A program made the translations under genes and the position numbers. DNA of 64,000 nucleotides, taken from contig OX597827.1 in NCBI GenBank assembly GCA_951406725.2, forward strand, positions 68,138,001 to 68,202,000, in the 5' to 3' direction. The notes beneath the pieces are model-generated. The model was not told where the DNA came from, searched no databases, and worked only from the letters and a program-made list of their open reading frames with translations. Each line of letters begins with the position of its first letter. Positions within the stretch are counted from its first letter, which is position 1. Positions 40,917-54,220 of the stretch are shown here, in pieces. Source of the DNA: Octopus vulgaris. Taxonomy: Eukaryota.

Positions 40917-40995
40917 ACCACCACCACCACCACCACTACTAATACTACTACCATTACTACTACTACTACTGCTACTACTGCTGCTGCTGCTGCTG

Positions 40996-41031
<36 letters not shown>

Positions 41032-41040
41032 TCATTATCC
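39790..41040. repeat. Long trinucleotide tracts (TAT/TAC)n, (CAT/CAC)n and (ACT/GCT)n
   Basis: Direct inspection; source of the poly-I/L/T/Y ORFs. Confidence 0.95.
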
Positions 41041-42099
41041 TCACCACTGCTGTCGTGTTGTCTACTGTTTCTCCTTCGCCACATGACCGTCGTGTTCATT
41101 ACTCACACAACTGGCTTCATCCAACTTTACCACCCATCATCATTAATTTGATAATAGCGTTAAACACCAACTACCCCCATTACTACACAAACACTCACAT
41201 AATCTCTCTCTTCTCTTCTCTATCTCTCTTTCTCTTCGTCACCATCATTGCCATGGCGTCATCATCATCATCATCATCACCATCATCACCAACATCGTCG
41301 TTGTTCGTCGGTGTTGGGTTTGTCATTGTCTTTCTTCATCAATATGATAAAAGCCGGTTCTTTCGCTCGATGTGTCTACCAATCCCGCTGTGCTGGGCGA
41401 TGATCAAGAAGACTACTGGATTTAATGGATTAGGAATGCAGAAGTTTATTAGCCATTAGGGGGATGTCTGCCGCGACTTATTAAAAAAAAAAAAATGTCT
41501 GAATCATCGACACTGTTGTGGATTGTCTCCCCATTCTTTCACTCCTACCACCAAACACTTCAATAACAACCACCAACGCAAAAATAACCAAATCCACTAC
41601 CACCACCAACACCAGCTCATCCCTTGGTTATTTATTGGTATCAAACGGCGGATTGATGGACACAAACTCGATATTTCTTTCTATATTAATTGAAGACCAA
41701 AAACCAAAAAAAAAAAGGATATTTTTATAAGCATGTTATTATTCCGATTGAATATACGCGCAAAGCGTACAAACAACAAAGGCTAGAAGCGCTTGTGCAT
41801 GCATGCCTGCATGCATTTATATATATGTATATATATAGTAGAGAGATGGATGGGTGGTTAGATCAAGAGCCAACCTAATTTAATATTATGCACTTACACA
41901 AGTATGAGGCAAGTTTAGACACGTGTTTCTCCTCTTTGATAGAGATGTTCAATGGGTAATATAACAAGTGTCTTCTTTCTTAGTGCTTTGTCGTTCTGTT
42001 TATTTATTTATTTGTTTATTTATTTATTTGCCGATTAGATAAGAGTTAGGATATTGGTTTCAAATTTTCGCACAGGGCCAACAGGTTCGAGGGAGCGGT

Positions 42100-42990
42100 A
42101 AGGCGGGCGAGCTTGGCAGTAACGTTAGCACGCCGGGCGAAATGAAATGCTTAGCGGTATTTCGTCTGCCGTTACGTTGTGAGTTCAAATTCCGCCGAGG
42201 TCGACTTTGCCTTTGCATCCTTTCGGGGGTCGATAAATTAAGTACCAGTTACGCACTGGTGTCGATGTAATCGACTTAATACCTATGTATGTCTTTGTTT
42301 GTCCCCTCTATGTTCAGCCCCTTGTGGGTAATAAAGAAATAGGTAAGGCGGCGAGCTGGCAGAAACGTTAGCACGGCGGGCGAAATGCTTAGCGGTATTT
42401 CGTCTGCCGTTACGTTGTGAGTTCAAATTCCGCCCAGGTCGACTTTGCCTTTCATCCTTTCGGGGTCGATAAATTAAGTACCAGTTTTGCACTGGTGTCG
42501 ATCTAATCGACTTAATACCTATGTCTGTCTTTGTTTGTCCCCTCTATGTTTAGCCCCTTGTGGGCAATAAAGAAATAGGTATTTCGTCTGCCGTTACGTT
42601 GTGAGTTCAAATTCTGCCCAGGTCGACTTTGCCTTTCATCCTTTCGGGGGTCGATAAATTAAGTACCAGTTACGCACTGGTGTCGATATAATCGACTTAA
42701 TACCTATGTCTGTCCTTGTTTGTCCCCTCTGTGTTTAGCCCCTTGTGGGTAATAAAGAAATAGGTAAGGCGGCGAGCTGGCAGAAACGTTAGCACGGCGG
42801 GCGAAATGCCTAGCGGTATTTCGTCTGCCGTTACGTTGTGAGTTCATATTCCGCCCAGGTCGACTTTGTCTTTCATCCTTTCGGGGTCGATAAATTAAGT
42901 ATCAGTTACGCACTGGGGTTGATCTAATCGACTTAATACCTATGTCTGTCCCCTCTATGTTTAGCCCCTTGTGGGTAATAAAGAAATAGG
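42100..42990 (+). mobile_element. Tetrameric Meta-domain-like SINE array nested in an antisense copy of the same family (42060-43130)
   Basis: Units head-body-X, head-body-X, body-X, head-body-X; host halves continue on both sides. Confidence 0.85.
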
Positions 42991-43264
42991 TTTAAGCCGA
43001 TTACATTGACCCCCTCCCCTATCCCTTTCTAGTGCTCAGTTAGTACTTATTTTCTTCGACCCCCGAAAGGATGAAAGGCAAAGTCTACCTTGACGGAATT
43101 TTAACTCAGAATGTAAAGACAGACGAAATGAAATGAGCAACAAGAAACGAAGTATTTCGCTCAATGGACACAATGGACCGCCCGGTCCGGAATTCGAAAC
43201 GGTGATCCAGCGATCGTGAGTGCAACACCCTCACCACTAGGCCACGTGCCTTCACCTAAATTAA

Positions 43265-43558
43265 TATCACCGTCACCGTGACCGACCAGGCTATCAGATG
43301 TTGCTACACATCGCTGGTCACAATGCCTTCAAATGACGCCACCCCGCTGGCTAAGCGGGCAGGCCAACAGAAGAAAGTGTGAGAGAAAGTTGTGGCGAAA
43401 GAGTACAGCAGGGACCGCCACCACCCCCTGCCGGAGCCTCGTGGAGCTTTTAGGTGTTTTCGCTCAATAAACACTCACAACGCCCGGTCTGGGCATCGAA
43501 ACCGCGATCCTACGGCCGCGAGTCCGCTGCCCTAACCACTGGGCCATTGCGCCTCCAC
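43265..43558 (-). mobile_element. OR-like SINE with tail type B
   Basis: Same head and body as 215-390; 3' module ...cctggtcggtcacggtgacggtgatat. Confidence 0.85.
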
Positions 43559-43898
43559 AAATTAATTAATTAATATAGTGATAGGTAATATACTTATTGG
43601 GTTATCCACTGATTGGGTATGCCGTCAAAACCCAACGATCACCAACAGCTCCAGTAATTAATCGTTCCTCCATTTATAACTATGGATAATATCGAATTTG
43701 GACAGCCATGTTATATGTTTGTCTGTTGTGTGTGTTTGTGTGTGTATGTGTCTTTCTCTCTCTGTATTTCTTAATCTTCACTCGCGTGCTTGTAAGTCAT
43801 CTAATCTAAGATTAATCAAATATATTAATAGAATGGTCAAAATTAGTTAAGTAGCAGCAGTCGGTTGGTCCGCAAGTGACGAGTCATTTCAGTATATC

Positions 43899-43935
<37 letters not shown>

Positions 43936-43959
43936 GTAATAACAAACAAACATAATAAA

Positions 43960-44155
43960 ATCAAGCATAATTTTCTTATGGTTTCTTAAACATTCTCTAG
44001 AACAACACTAAGTACAAAACCAAATACATGGCACCCTAGGCATAACACCAACATGAAGTTCTAACTTGTTGTCTCTTGAGGTCTCTGGGTGAGACTGGGA
44101 GACAACTTGTACAAATGTAAAGCAAAAGTTAGACATAGAATAATAATGATAATAA
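43960..44155 (+). mobile_element. Probable 3' UTR of an (AAT)n-associated LINE (R4/Dong-like)
   Basis: tgaggtctctgggtgagact motif, with (AAT)n on both sides. Confidence 0.4.
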
Positions 44156-47049
44156 TAATAATGGTTTCAAATTTTTCCACAAGGGCAGCATTTTTGGGGG
44201 GAGGTGATGAGTCAATTACATTGACCCCAGAGTTCAGCTGGTACTTATTTAATCAACCCCAAAATGATGAAGAGCAAAGTCGATCTCGGTGGTATTTGAA
44301 CCCAGATCGTGCAGATAGACGAAATGCCGCTAAGCATTTTTGCTCAGCATGCTAACGATTCTGCCATCTCGCCGCCTTCGATGATGAAAATAATAATAAT
44401 AATGATGATAATAAATTATTCTTTTTACTATAAGCACAAGGTTGGAATTTTGGTGGGAGAGGGACAAGTCGATTACATCGACCCCAATGCTCCACTGGTA
44501 CTTATTTTACCGACCCGAGAGGATGAAAGACAAAGTCGACCACGGCGTAATTTGAACTCAGAGCGTAACGGCAGAAGAAATAGCGCCAAGCATTTCACCC
44601 GGAGTGTTAACGATTCTGCCAGCTCGCTGCCTTTGATGATGATGATGATGATGATAAATACAAACAAACAAACAAAACAACTAAGTATCGTACGTCAAAA
44701 TTGTAAGAAGGAGAAACAAGCAGAAAACGAAGAGGCGAAGAGGAAGGCGTAAAAGAGAAGAAGAGAGCCCTTCATCACACGGAGATGAATACAAGATTAG
44801 TTGTGATTATAAATCATCCCCACTGGTCCCTGTCTATAATCAAACTAACGTCCTTCGGTCGGCAAAGGCTACGGTGGGACAAGCAAAGACATAACAGTTG
44901 TCTGGATTTATTAATGGGACGGTGGAGTCATACTTTTATATGGTGGTCGTGGTGGTGGTGGTGGTGGTGGGCCAGAGAGAATTAAATAGTGACCAGCGAG
45001 TAAGCTGGTTGCCGAGACGGTGGTGGGTGGCGGCGGCGGCGGCGGTGAGTGGTTGGAGGTGGAGGGCATGAAATAGTTGTTGTTGTTGTTATATCAGATG
45101 GCATTTCTCATTTGCTCTGATATGAGTTTCTTTTTCTTCTTTTGTACATCTCCAGACTGAGTGAATCATAAATCGGTCCTCCTTCTATCCCCTTCCTCCC
45201 TCGTTATCATCATCATCATCATCATCATCTTCATCTTTTCTGCCATATTCATCACCAGAATCGTTAACGCATCGGACAAAATCTTTCGCTGTATTTCTTG
45301 TGACCTTATTATATGCACGATCTCTGCTGGAATACCGCCGAAGTCGACTTAACCCTTTCTGCTTCCGAGGTCTATGGAATAAATACCAGTTGAGCACTAG
45401 CACCGATGTAATCCTAAAAGTTGCTGGCTTCGTACCACAATTACAGAGATGATGATGATGATAATAATAATAATAAGTTTGGCACAAGGCCAGCAATTTC
45501 GGCAGCGGTGGTTAGTCAATTAAATCGACCCTCCGAAATTATGAAAGGCAAACTCAACCGCAGCGTTATTTGAATTCAGAACGTAAAGACGGGCGAAATG
45601 CCGCTAAGCATTTCGCCCGGCGTTCTAACGTTTTTGCCAGCTCGACGTATGCCTGGTGTACCCTTATCAGACGGGTAGTTATAATGGGTGCATTAGGGTT
45701 CGTATAATTAGTATCCCAGCATCACTTTTATGGCATGCGCCGCTTTCTCACTCAATAATAATAATAATAATAATGATAATAATAATCCACAAGGCCTGAA
45801 ACTTTGGTGGGAGGCCGAAAGGATGAAAAGCAAATTTGACTTGGCCCAATCGGGATTTGAACTTTGAGCGCAAAGTGCCGGAATAAAAGCAGCGAGTCAT
45901 TCTATCCAGCGCTCTAACCATTCTGCTGGTCTGCTACCTTTGATTGGTACTTTGACGGTCCCTAAAAGGATAAAAATCAAATTTGAATTGGCCTCGGCGG
46001 GATTTGAACTCAGAACGGGTCGTAAGGGTTAGCTGGCCGACCTGATGAGGGAGGGGAGGTGAGTGATGTAGAGTTGGATCTCATTGACTTAAATGCTACC
46101 ACAAGAAATCAAGAGTTAAATACCCCGGTATTTATAGGGCTGGCTAGATCATTGTGATTCATGGGAAGATTAACCTCTCTAACATTGAACCAGATACCGT
46201 AAAATACTTAATCAGTTTACTAAGCCGTCTGCACCGGTTCCCCTTTACTATTCAAAAACAAAAACAAACGAAAATAGAAAGAAAGAAAGAAAGACAGAAA
46301 CATGAAAACAATTCCCAATTGATAAAAAAAACAATCACACTTCCCGTATTTCGATGTCTGAGTATTCAATATCTCTCTGGAGATATTCAAAATGCTAAAC
46401 CGAAATCCTATACTTTAAAGCAACTGCATAACTGAATTTTTCTGTTAACGGCTCTGTGTAAAATGCAAGTGAATACAGTTAAAATGGCAAGATTTAGTTT
46501 TCTGTACGTTTATACTGCACTTCTTGTACAGTAATGAACGTGCAGCTAAAAAAACAGTGCAACGATTACCAGTGAAGCTTTTTTAATGAAAGTTCATGAC
46601 CTATAAACAACAGGTCATTAAAATTAGGGGATAAAGTTTATAAGTTATGCTAGCCTTCGTTACAATGTTAAAAATATAGCCAGCGGCTATCGCTCCATCC
46701 AACACTGGCGACAAGACGTCTAGAAAGCATATTTATTATATTCATCGGGACGACCGACCGACAATAGATTCATTCGGCACCACTATCATCATCGTCGTCA
46801 GCGCCACCGCCTTCATTCTCATCGTCATCATCCTCGGACGCTATCATTATCGTTATTGATATTTTGTTTGTTTTGTTACCATATTTAAACAATACTATTG
46901 CTGCTGCTACTACAACTACTACTACTACTACCAATATTATTGTTGGTTATAACAGCTACATCGATAAAATGCGTATGTGACAGACTATCTTTACGACTAT
47001 ATTTTCTGTTTAAAACCACGGTGGTTTATCTTCGGTTCCTGCAGTGATA

Positions 47050-47460
47050 AGAGCTGGCAGAATCGTTAGCACGTTGGGCGAAATGCGTAGCGGTATTTCG
47101 TCTGCCGTTACGTTCTGAGTTCAAATTCCGCCGAAGTCGACTTTGCCTTTCATCCTTTCGGGGTCGATAAATTAAGTACCAGTTACGCATTGGGGTCGAT
47201 GTAATCGACTTAATCTGTTTGTCTGTCCTTGTTTGTCCTCTCTCTGTTTAGCCCCTTGTGGGTAGTAAAGAAATAGGTATTTCGCCCGTCGCTGCGTTCT
47301 GAGTTCAAATTCCGCCGAGGTCGACTTTGCCTTTCATCCTTTCGGGGTCGATTAAATAAGTACTAGTTACGCACTGGCGTCGATATAATCGACTTAATTC
47401 CTTTGTCTGTCCTTGTTTGTCCCCTCTATGTTTAGCCCCCCGCCCCCAGTGGGCAATATA
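47050..47460 (+). mobile_element. Dimeric Meta-domain-like SINE
   Basis: Junction aaagaaata|ggtatttc at about 47275. Confidence 0.85.
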
Positions 47461-48574
47461 GAAACACACAAACACACACACACACACACACAAATATATC
47501 ATGGTGTCATAGGGAGGATCTGGTCAAAGTTAGAGAAAACTTTTGAAATATAAATAAACTTGGTCGTATATAAAAATAAGTATTATTTACCATCTTACTG
47601 TTCTATTTCATTTTGAAAAATATAAATTTATTTTATGGTATTATTGTCTATATTTTGAATTACATATGTATATGGGGCCTCTCAGGGGGTCTTCATCCGG
47701 TCCTGCGCACACACGTACATATATGCTGGCGGAACACACGTTAGCCTAATTACAGGAGGCTTTCGCAAACCATTGATCGGTTTGAGGATATAAAAGAAGA
47801 AACTCACCTAAGGTGTCACACAGTGGAACTCAACCCGAAATGACATGGTTATGAAACGAATTTCTTAACCACACGTCCATAGTTATTTATTTATTTATTA
47901 TATTCCAGTGGAGCTAATAATCTTTGTGCATAATTCCTTCTTTGTTCTCACAAAAGCGCATTTAAAACTCTTTAAAATTTACATTAAACTACATTATTTT
48001 CCAATCAATTTCTTTAAACCAAAAATTTACTATGCATAATCCCGTTCCGTCTCCCTTAATCATATCTCACTCCCTCTATCCGTACAATATCTCTGTCATT
48101 TCTCCCTCTCCCAATTTTTCTCAGCTCTTTGATTATATTTACATGACTATTGCTTGCATTAAACCTTTAAGTAACGCTTTAAGGAAAAACACACAACGAT
48201 CTTAAATCGCTCTGGTGATAGCTTTCTGAAGATGCTGAAAGCTTCGCTCACACCTCTTTGCAAATCTGCCTCTTTAGAACTGTCACACATCAACTCTTCC
48301 TATCTAAGCCGACGAGTCGTTAAGATAACTGGAGCGACTTAAGATATAATTGGTTAAAAGGTTTTTCAGTTTTGGCTTATTTTTGCAAAGATTTCATAAA
48401 TCAAGCACAGCTACAATGATTCCCTACAATATCTGTCTACCCATACACCATCTATCCGTCCATCCATCCACCCATTCATTGCTATACGTATGTATGTGTG
48501 TGTGTGCAAGTGTTTGTGTATATGCGTACGTATGTTTATAAGTATAAGTGTGTGTGTATGTGCCTGTTCTTTTA

Positions 48575-48774
48575 TCCTTTTATTCTTTTATTTGTTTGTC
48601 ATTTGACTGCGGCCATGCTGGAGCACCTCCTTTAATCGAACAAATCGACCCCCAGGACTTATTCTTTCTAAGCCTAGTACATATTCTATCGATCACTTTT
48701 GCCGATCCGCTAAGTTACGCGGACGTAAGCCCGCCAAGTCGGTTGTCAAGCGATGGTGGGAGGGGCAATCACAG

Positions 48775-48807
<33 letters not shown>

Positions 48808-48980
48808 ATGTATGTATATACAACGGGCTTCTTTCAGTTTCCGTCTACCAAATCCACTCACAGGGCTTTGGTCGGCCCGAGGCTTTAGTAGAAGACACTT
48901 GCCCAATGTGCCACGCAGTGGGACTAAACCGGGGACCATGTGATTAGTAAACAAGCTACTTACCACACAGCCACTCCTAT
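48575..48980 (-). mobile_element. Full-length OK-like SINE
   Basis: Reverse complement of 36540-36955. Confidence 0.85.
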
Positions 48981-49164
48981 ACATGTATATATAATCTATT
49001 TCCGCCGAGGTCGACTTTGTCTTTCATCCTTGCGGGGTCGATAAATTAAGTACCAGTAACGCACTGGGGTCGATGTAATCGACTTAATCTCTTTGTCTGT
49101 CCTTGTTTGTCCCCTCTATGTTTAGCCGCTTGTGAAGAAAAAATAAAGAACGAAAAAATAATCT

Positions 49165-49316
49165 TGGCTGTGTGGTAAGTAGCTTGCTAACCAACCACAT
49201 GGTTCTGGGTTCAGTCCCACTGCGTGGCATCTTGGGCAAGTGTCTTCTGCTATAGCCCCGGGCCGACCAATGCCTTGTGAGTGGATTTGGTAGACGGATA
49301 CTGAAAGAAGCCTGTC

Positions 49317-49348
<32 letters not shown>

Positions 49349-49575
49349 GTGTGTGTTTGTGTGTCTGTGTTTGTCCCCCTAGCATTGCTTGACAACCGAT
49401 GCTGGTGTGTTTACGTCCCCGTCGCTTAGCGGTTCGGCAAAAAGAGACCGATAGAACAAGTACTGGGCTTACAAAGAATAAGTCCCGGGGTCGATTTGCT
49501 CGACTGAAGGCGGTGCTCCAGCATGGCCGCAGTCAAATGACTGAAACAAGTAAAAAGAGTAAAAGAGTAAAGAGT
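49165..49575 (+). mobile_element. Near-full-length OK-like SINE
   Basis: High identity to 36540-36955. Confidence 0.9.
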
Positions 49576-49739
49576 AATACATGTATATATAATCTTCAGT
49601 CACCAAGGGTGTTTTGAGATGACAATGCTGTTCTTACACCTTCTTTCACCTAAAGCGAAAGATATTCCCTCTTTAGTAACCCGTAGCGAAATAGCCTCTA
49701 CAAGTTGAAATACATCCCAAACGTATTTGAACTGACCTA

Positions 49740-51009
49740 TCATCATCATCATTGTTCGACCGTGATCGAGACGATGGAATTTACTATGTTACGCCAGACT
49801 TCACGGTCCATCATAGCATTACGGAGGTCCTGTTGCTGGATGCCTGTATCCCTGGAGATTACATCAGGGTAGGAGAGTGTGCGCCCTCTGGCATTGCGAG
49901 TAGATGGCTTCCAGAGGAGAAGAGTAGAAATTACTTCTTTTTCAGCTCTACAACAATGTCCAGCAAACTGGACTCTCCTACCTTTCACAAGAGATGACAC
50001 AGGTGGTAGTTTCCCATATATTTGCATTTTGGTTGGATGGCGCTTCCACGAGAGGTTTTGAGCTCTCATAAGGAGGCGAGTATAGGTTCCATCCAACCGC
50101 CTCTCGAAGAGTGTGCGCCCTCTGGTATCGCGAGCAGATGGCTTCCAGAGGAGAAGAGTAGAAATTACTTCTTTTTCAGCTCTACAACAATGTCCAGCAA
50201 ACTGGACTCTCCTACCTTTCACAAGAGATGACACAGGTGGTAGTTCCCCATATATTTGCATTTTTGTTGGATGGCGCTTCCATGAGAGGTTTTGAGCTCT
50301 CATAAGGAGGCGAGTATAGGTTCCATCCAACCGCCTCTCGAAGAGTGTGCGCCCTCTGGTATCGCGAGCAGATGGCTTCCAGAGGAGAAGAGTAGAAATT
50401 ACTTCTTTTTCAGCTCTACAACAATGTCCAGCAAACTGGACTCTCCTACCTTTCACAAGAGATGACACAGGTGGTAGTTCCCCATATATTTGCATTTTGG
50501 TTGGATGGCGCTTCCACGAGAGGTTTTGAGCTCTCATAAGGAGACGAGTATAGGTTCCATCCAACCGCCTCTCGAAGAGTGTGCGCCCTCTGGTATCGCG
50601 AGCAGATGGCTTCCAGAGGAGAAGAGTAGAAATTACTTCTTTTTCAGCTCTACAACAATGTCCAGCAAACTGGACTCTCCTACCTTTCACAAGAGATGAC
50701 ACAGGTGGTAGTTCCCCATATATTTGCATTTTGGTTGGATGGCGCTTCCACGAGAGGTTTTGAGCTCTCATAAGGAGGCGAGTATAGGTTCCATCCAACC
50801 GCCTCTCGAAGAGTGTGCGCCCTCTGGTATCGCGAGCAGATGGCTTCCAGAGGAGAAGAGTAGAAATTACTTCTTTTTCAGCTCTACAACAATGTCCAGC
50901 AAAATGGACTCTCCTACCTTTCACAAGAGATGACACAGGTGGTAGTTCCCCATATATTTGCATTTTTGTTGGATGGCGCTTCCACGAGAGGTTTTGAGCT
51001 CTCATAAGA
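49740..51009 (-). mobile_element. 5'-truncated RTE/RTE-X-clade LINE with about 4.85 tandem in-frame copies of a 234-bp segment (418-aa open frame 49749-51005)
   Basis: RRLDGTYTRLLMRAQNLSWKRH...RRVQFAGHCCR...AMMDREVWR is a typical RTE-type ORF C-terminus; (TGA)n tail; 11-bp TSD gaactgaccta at 49729-49739 and 51010-51020; units start at 49875, 50109, 50343, 50577 and 50811. Confidence 0.92.
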
Positions 51010-51728
51010 GAACTGACCTAAAGCTTGTCTATTTTCATCACTGCTTCGCGCAACAACTTCTGTATGTACGAATGTATAATTCTATGTATGTTTGTACGTA
51101 TTGTATACGATTGTATACAATACGTACAAATACGTCATAAAAGAACGAATATATACGTGTGTTTGTTTATGCCTGTATATGTTTTGTGTATGTTTACATT
51201 GGCGTGTGTTTGTTGTATTCATGTCGTGGTTTTTTAGCTTTTTATGTTTCTTTGTTTTGTTTTCATCGACAAGCATAACTCGGTTCTATTAACTGTAAAT
51301 AATCACCATGAGACAACAATGATTTTTTTTTTTTTCAACTTATTGGCTTGCTGGGCTGGCTGGCCATGAAAAAAAAAAACAGACTAAAAAAAATAAACAA
51401 AATGCCGTATCAGGAGTCAGGCCAATACAAACAACAACAACAACAACACCAACAACAAAAGCAATAATGTAAGACATCAAATTTCTCAATGACGTAATTT
51501 AAGAAACCTTTATTTCCAGAGCGTCGGAGTCATACATTACAAGATAGCTGCTGAGTCGTGACTGAAAGAAACACACACACACACACATACATACATATAC
51601 GTACGCACGAACACACACAGACACACACACTTATACGCGCACACAATCACCTTTTATTGACTTTGGATGGATTGCATTCAGTCCAAAAACACTCGGGCAT
51701 ACTCTCCCCCATTTCTCTCCCTACCTTC

Positions 51729-51759
<31 letters not shown>

Positions 51760-51778
51760 CTTTCTCTTTCTCTCTCTT

Positions 51779-51931
<153 letters not shown>

Positions 51932-52484
51932 GTATGTGTGTGTGAATATATATTGTTTGTCCCCTCTGTGTTTAGTCCGTTGTGGGTAGTAAAGAAAAAA
52001 TATGTGTGTGTGTATATATATATATGTACGTGTGTGTGTGCGTGTGTATGCCTATACACATGTTTACACGTACACACATATATGTCTAAACGCACACACA
52101 TACACACACACATATATACATATATTTGTACAGAGCGAGAGAGCGAGACAGAGAGACAGAGAGCAATATAATATGATGGTGTAGTAAAAAACTGTCTTGG
52201 GTTACGGTTAAATATGAACGTAGCACTCATTTTCGGCTCATATTCCAGAGTGTTGTACAAGCGATACGTAAAACGATTGAAAACGATAAATAAATATATA
52301 TAAAGAAGAGAAGCAAACACAAACAAACAAACAAATAAATAAAGGAATAAATAAAAGGCTTATTTAATGGGAAAAATAAAAAAGAAGACCAAAAGAAAAG
52401 CGAAAAACTGAGGTGGGCATTTGGTTTCTTTTGTAGGTTTTTTTTTACTGGGGTAGCGGGCCTGTGGTCTTTTAAATGGTATTT

Positions 52485-52537
52485 CATATATATATATACA
52501 CATATATATATATATACACATATATATATATATATAT

Positions 52538-52581
<44 letters not shown>

Positions 52582-52604
52582 TATATACATATATATATAT
52601 ACAC

Positions 52605-52671
<67 letters not shown>

Positions 52672-52678
52672 CACATAA

Positions 52679-52709
<31 letters not shown>

Positions 52710-52819
52710 AATATACATATATATATATATATACACATATATATACATATATATATATATACATATACACATAAATATACATATATATATATATACATAT
52801 ACACATAAATATACATATA

Positions 52820-52855
<36 letters not shown>

Positions 52856-53002
52856 CACATATATATACATATATATATATATATACACATATATATACAT
52901 ATATATATATACACACACATATATATATACATATATATACATATATATATATATATACATATATATACACATATATATATACATATATATATATACATAT
53001 AT

Positions 53003-53051
<49 letters not shown>

Positions 53052-53090
53052 AATATACATATATATATATATATAATTATATATATACAC
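52485..53090. repeat. Compound (TA)n array with ACACAT(AAAT) interruptions
   Basis: Direct inspection. Confidence 0.95.
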
Positions 53091-53272
53091 ACTCTTAACT
53101 GATAAGATGATGAAGGCACGAAGTTGCGGTAATAGATTCACTTACTTTGTGTACGTATTCTGAAGATGTATGTCATGTTAAAAGTTAGGAAAAGGTCTGC
53201 AGAAAGTCTTGTGTGTTCGTGCGCGTATTTGGTGGGGTTCTTTTGATTTATTTATTTATTTATTTTGTATGT

Positions 53273-53317
<45 letters not shown>

Positions 53318-53689
53318 TGATTGAAATGTAAGGACTATTAAAATTGCTTACGAACATTAGCCGCTCAGCTTGTCAGATGGAATGCCCGATACACTCACTG
53401 TTTTTTAGGCTATATATAGATATCGTTGTTGCTTGATGTGTATCTTGAAAAAGACGGGGTTTGATTGTCAGTTGAAGAAAAAAAACGAGGCAACACAGAC
53501 CCTAGCAAGTAAAAAAAATGTAGTACATACATATATATATACACACACACACACTTTCTTAAAAAGCAGCAAAAATATCCCCAAAACTGCTACTCAGAAT
53601 TTCACGTACCCGGTCGTCGGACAGTTTTGTTTTTAAATGAAGCAAGATAAAGTTATATGCAGAAATACAATTACTTTGTGTACATATAT

Positions 53690-53915
53690 ATATAAAGTTA
53701 ATCCAAACAAGAAAGCACAAAAAAAAACAGAACAACGCGAGGACGTGGAACAAATATAGTATTATTGGACGCTCAGGAAAGAAGGAGGGTTTAACGTTTC
53801 GAGCGGAGCTCTTCGTCGGAAACATAGGAGAAGGAAAGATCCAGAGAAGGGAAGACAAAGGACAAAAAATCGCCAACGGTACACACGCGGTCACATTTTG
53901 AAAGATCGGAAGGAA
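53690..53915 (-). mobile_element. Penelope-like pseudo-LTR fragment with a minimal hammerhead-like motif (53789-53823)
   Basis: - strand GTTT-CCGACGA-A-GAGC TCC GCTC-GAAA-CG-TT-AAAC; downstream ttcctgagcg(t)cca is shared with the 23875-24075 copy. Confidence 0.65.
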
Positions 53916-54171
53916 TACACACACACACACACACACACACAGTATATACAGTATATATATATATATATTGAACAGAAACAATTGTAGTGATTTGGAACTA
54001 AAACCTTTTTATTTCATCTTCTTGTATTATAACATCGTTGTACTTCGCGGATATTAACGGATTTCCACATGTATATCCAGTAAAAGGAGAATTCCTGTTG
54101 TCTGTTAGCGTATGGTAGCCGGCACCCGTAGAGGAGCTATGGAAAGCACGCTATAAGTTTATTACATAGTT

Positions 54172-54220
<49 letters not shown>

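Noticed and set aside
39715-41151. Poly-I/L/Y/T ORFs of 120-220 aa (mucin-like appearance)
   Set aside because: Trinucleotide tracts open in several frames and on both strands, with no splice or domain support
45130-45170. Strong acceptor-like site ...catctccAG
   Set aside because: The phase-0 frame stops at the third codon and there is no clear donor
48165-48300. Possible hAT transposase C-terminal remnant (EELMCDSS...)
   Set aside because: Similarity too weak to support without a profile search
49749-51005. 418-aa ORF as a host repeat-protein gene
   Set aside because: It is LINE ORF C-terminal sequence bounded by a TSD; the ATG is an internal Met at the truncation point
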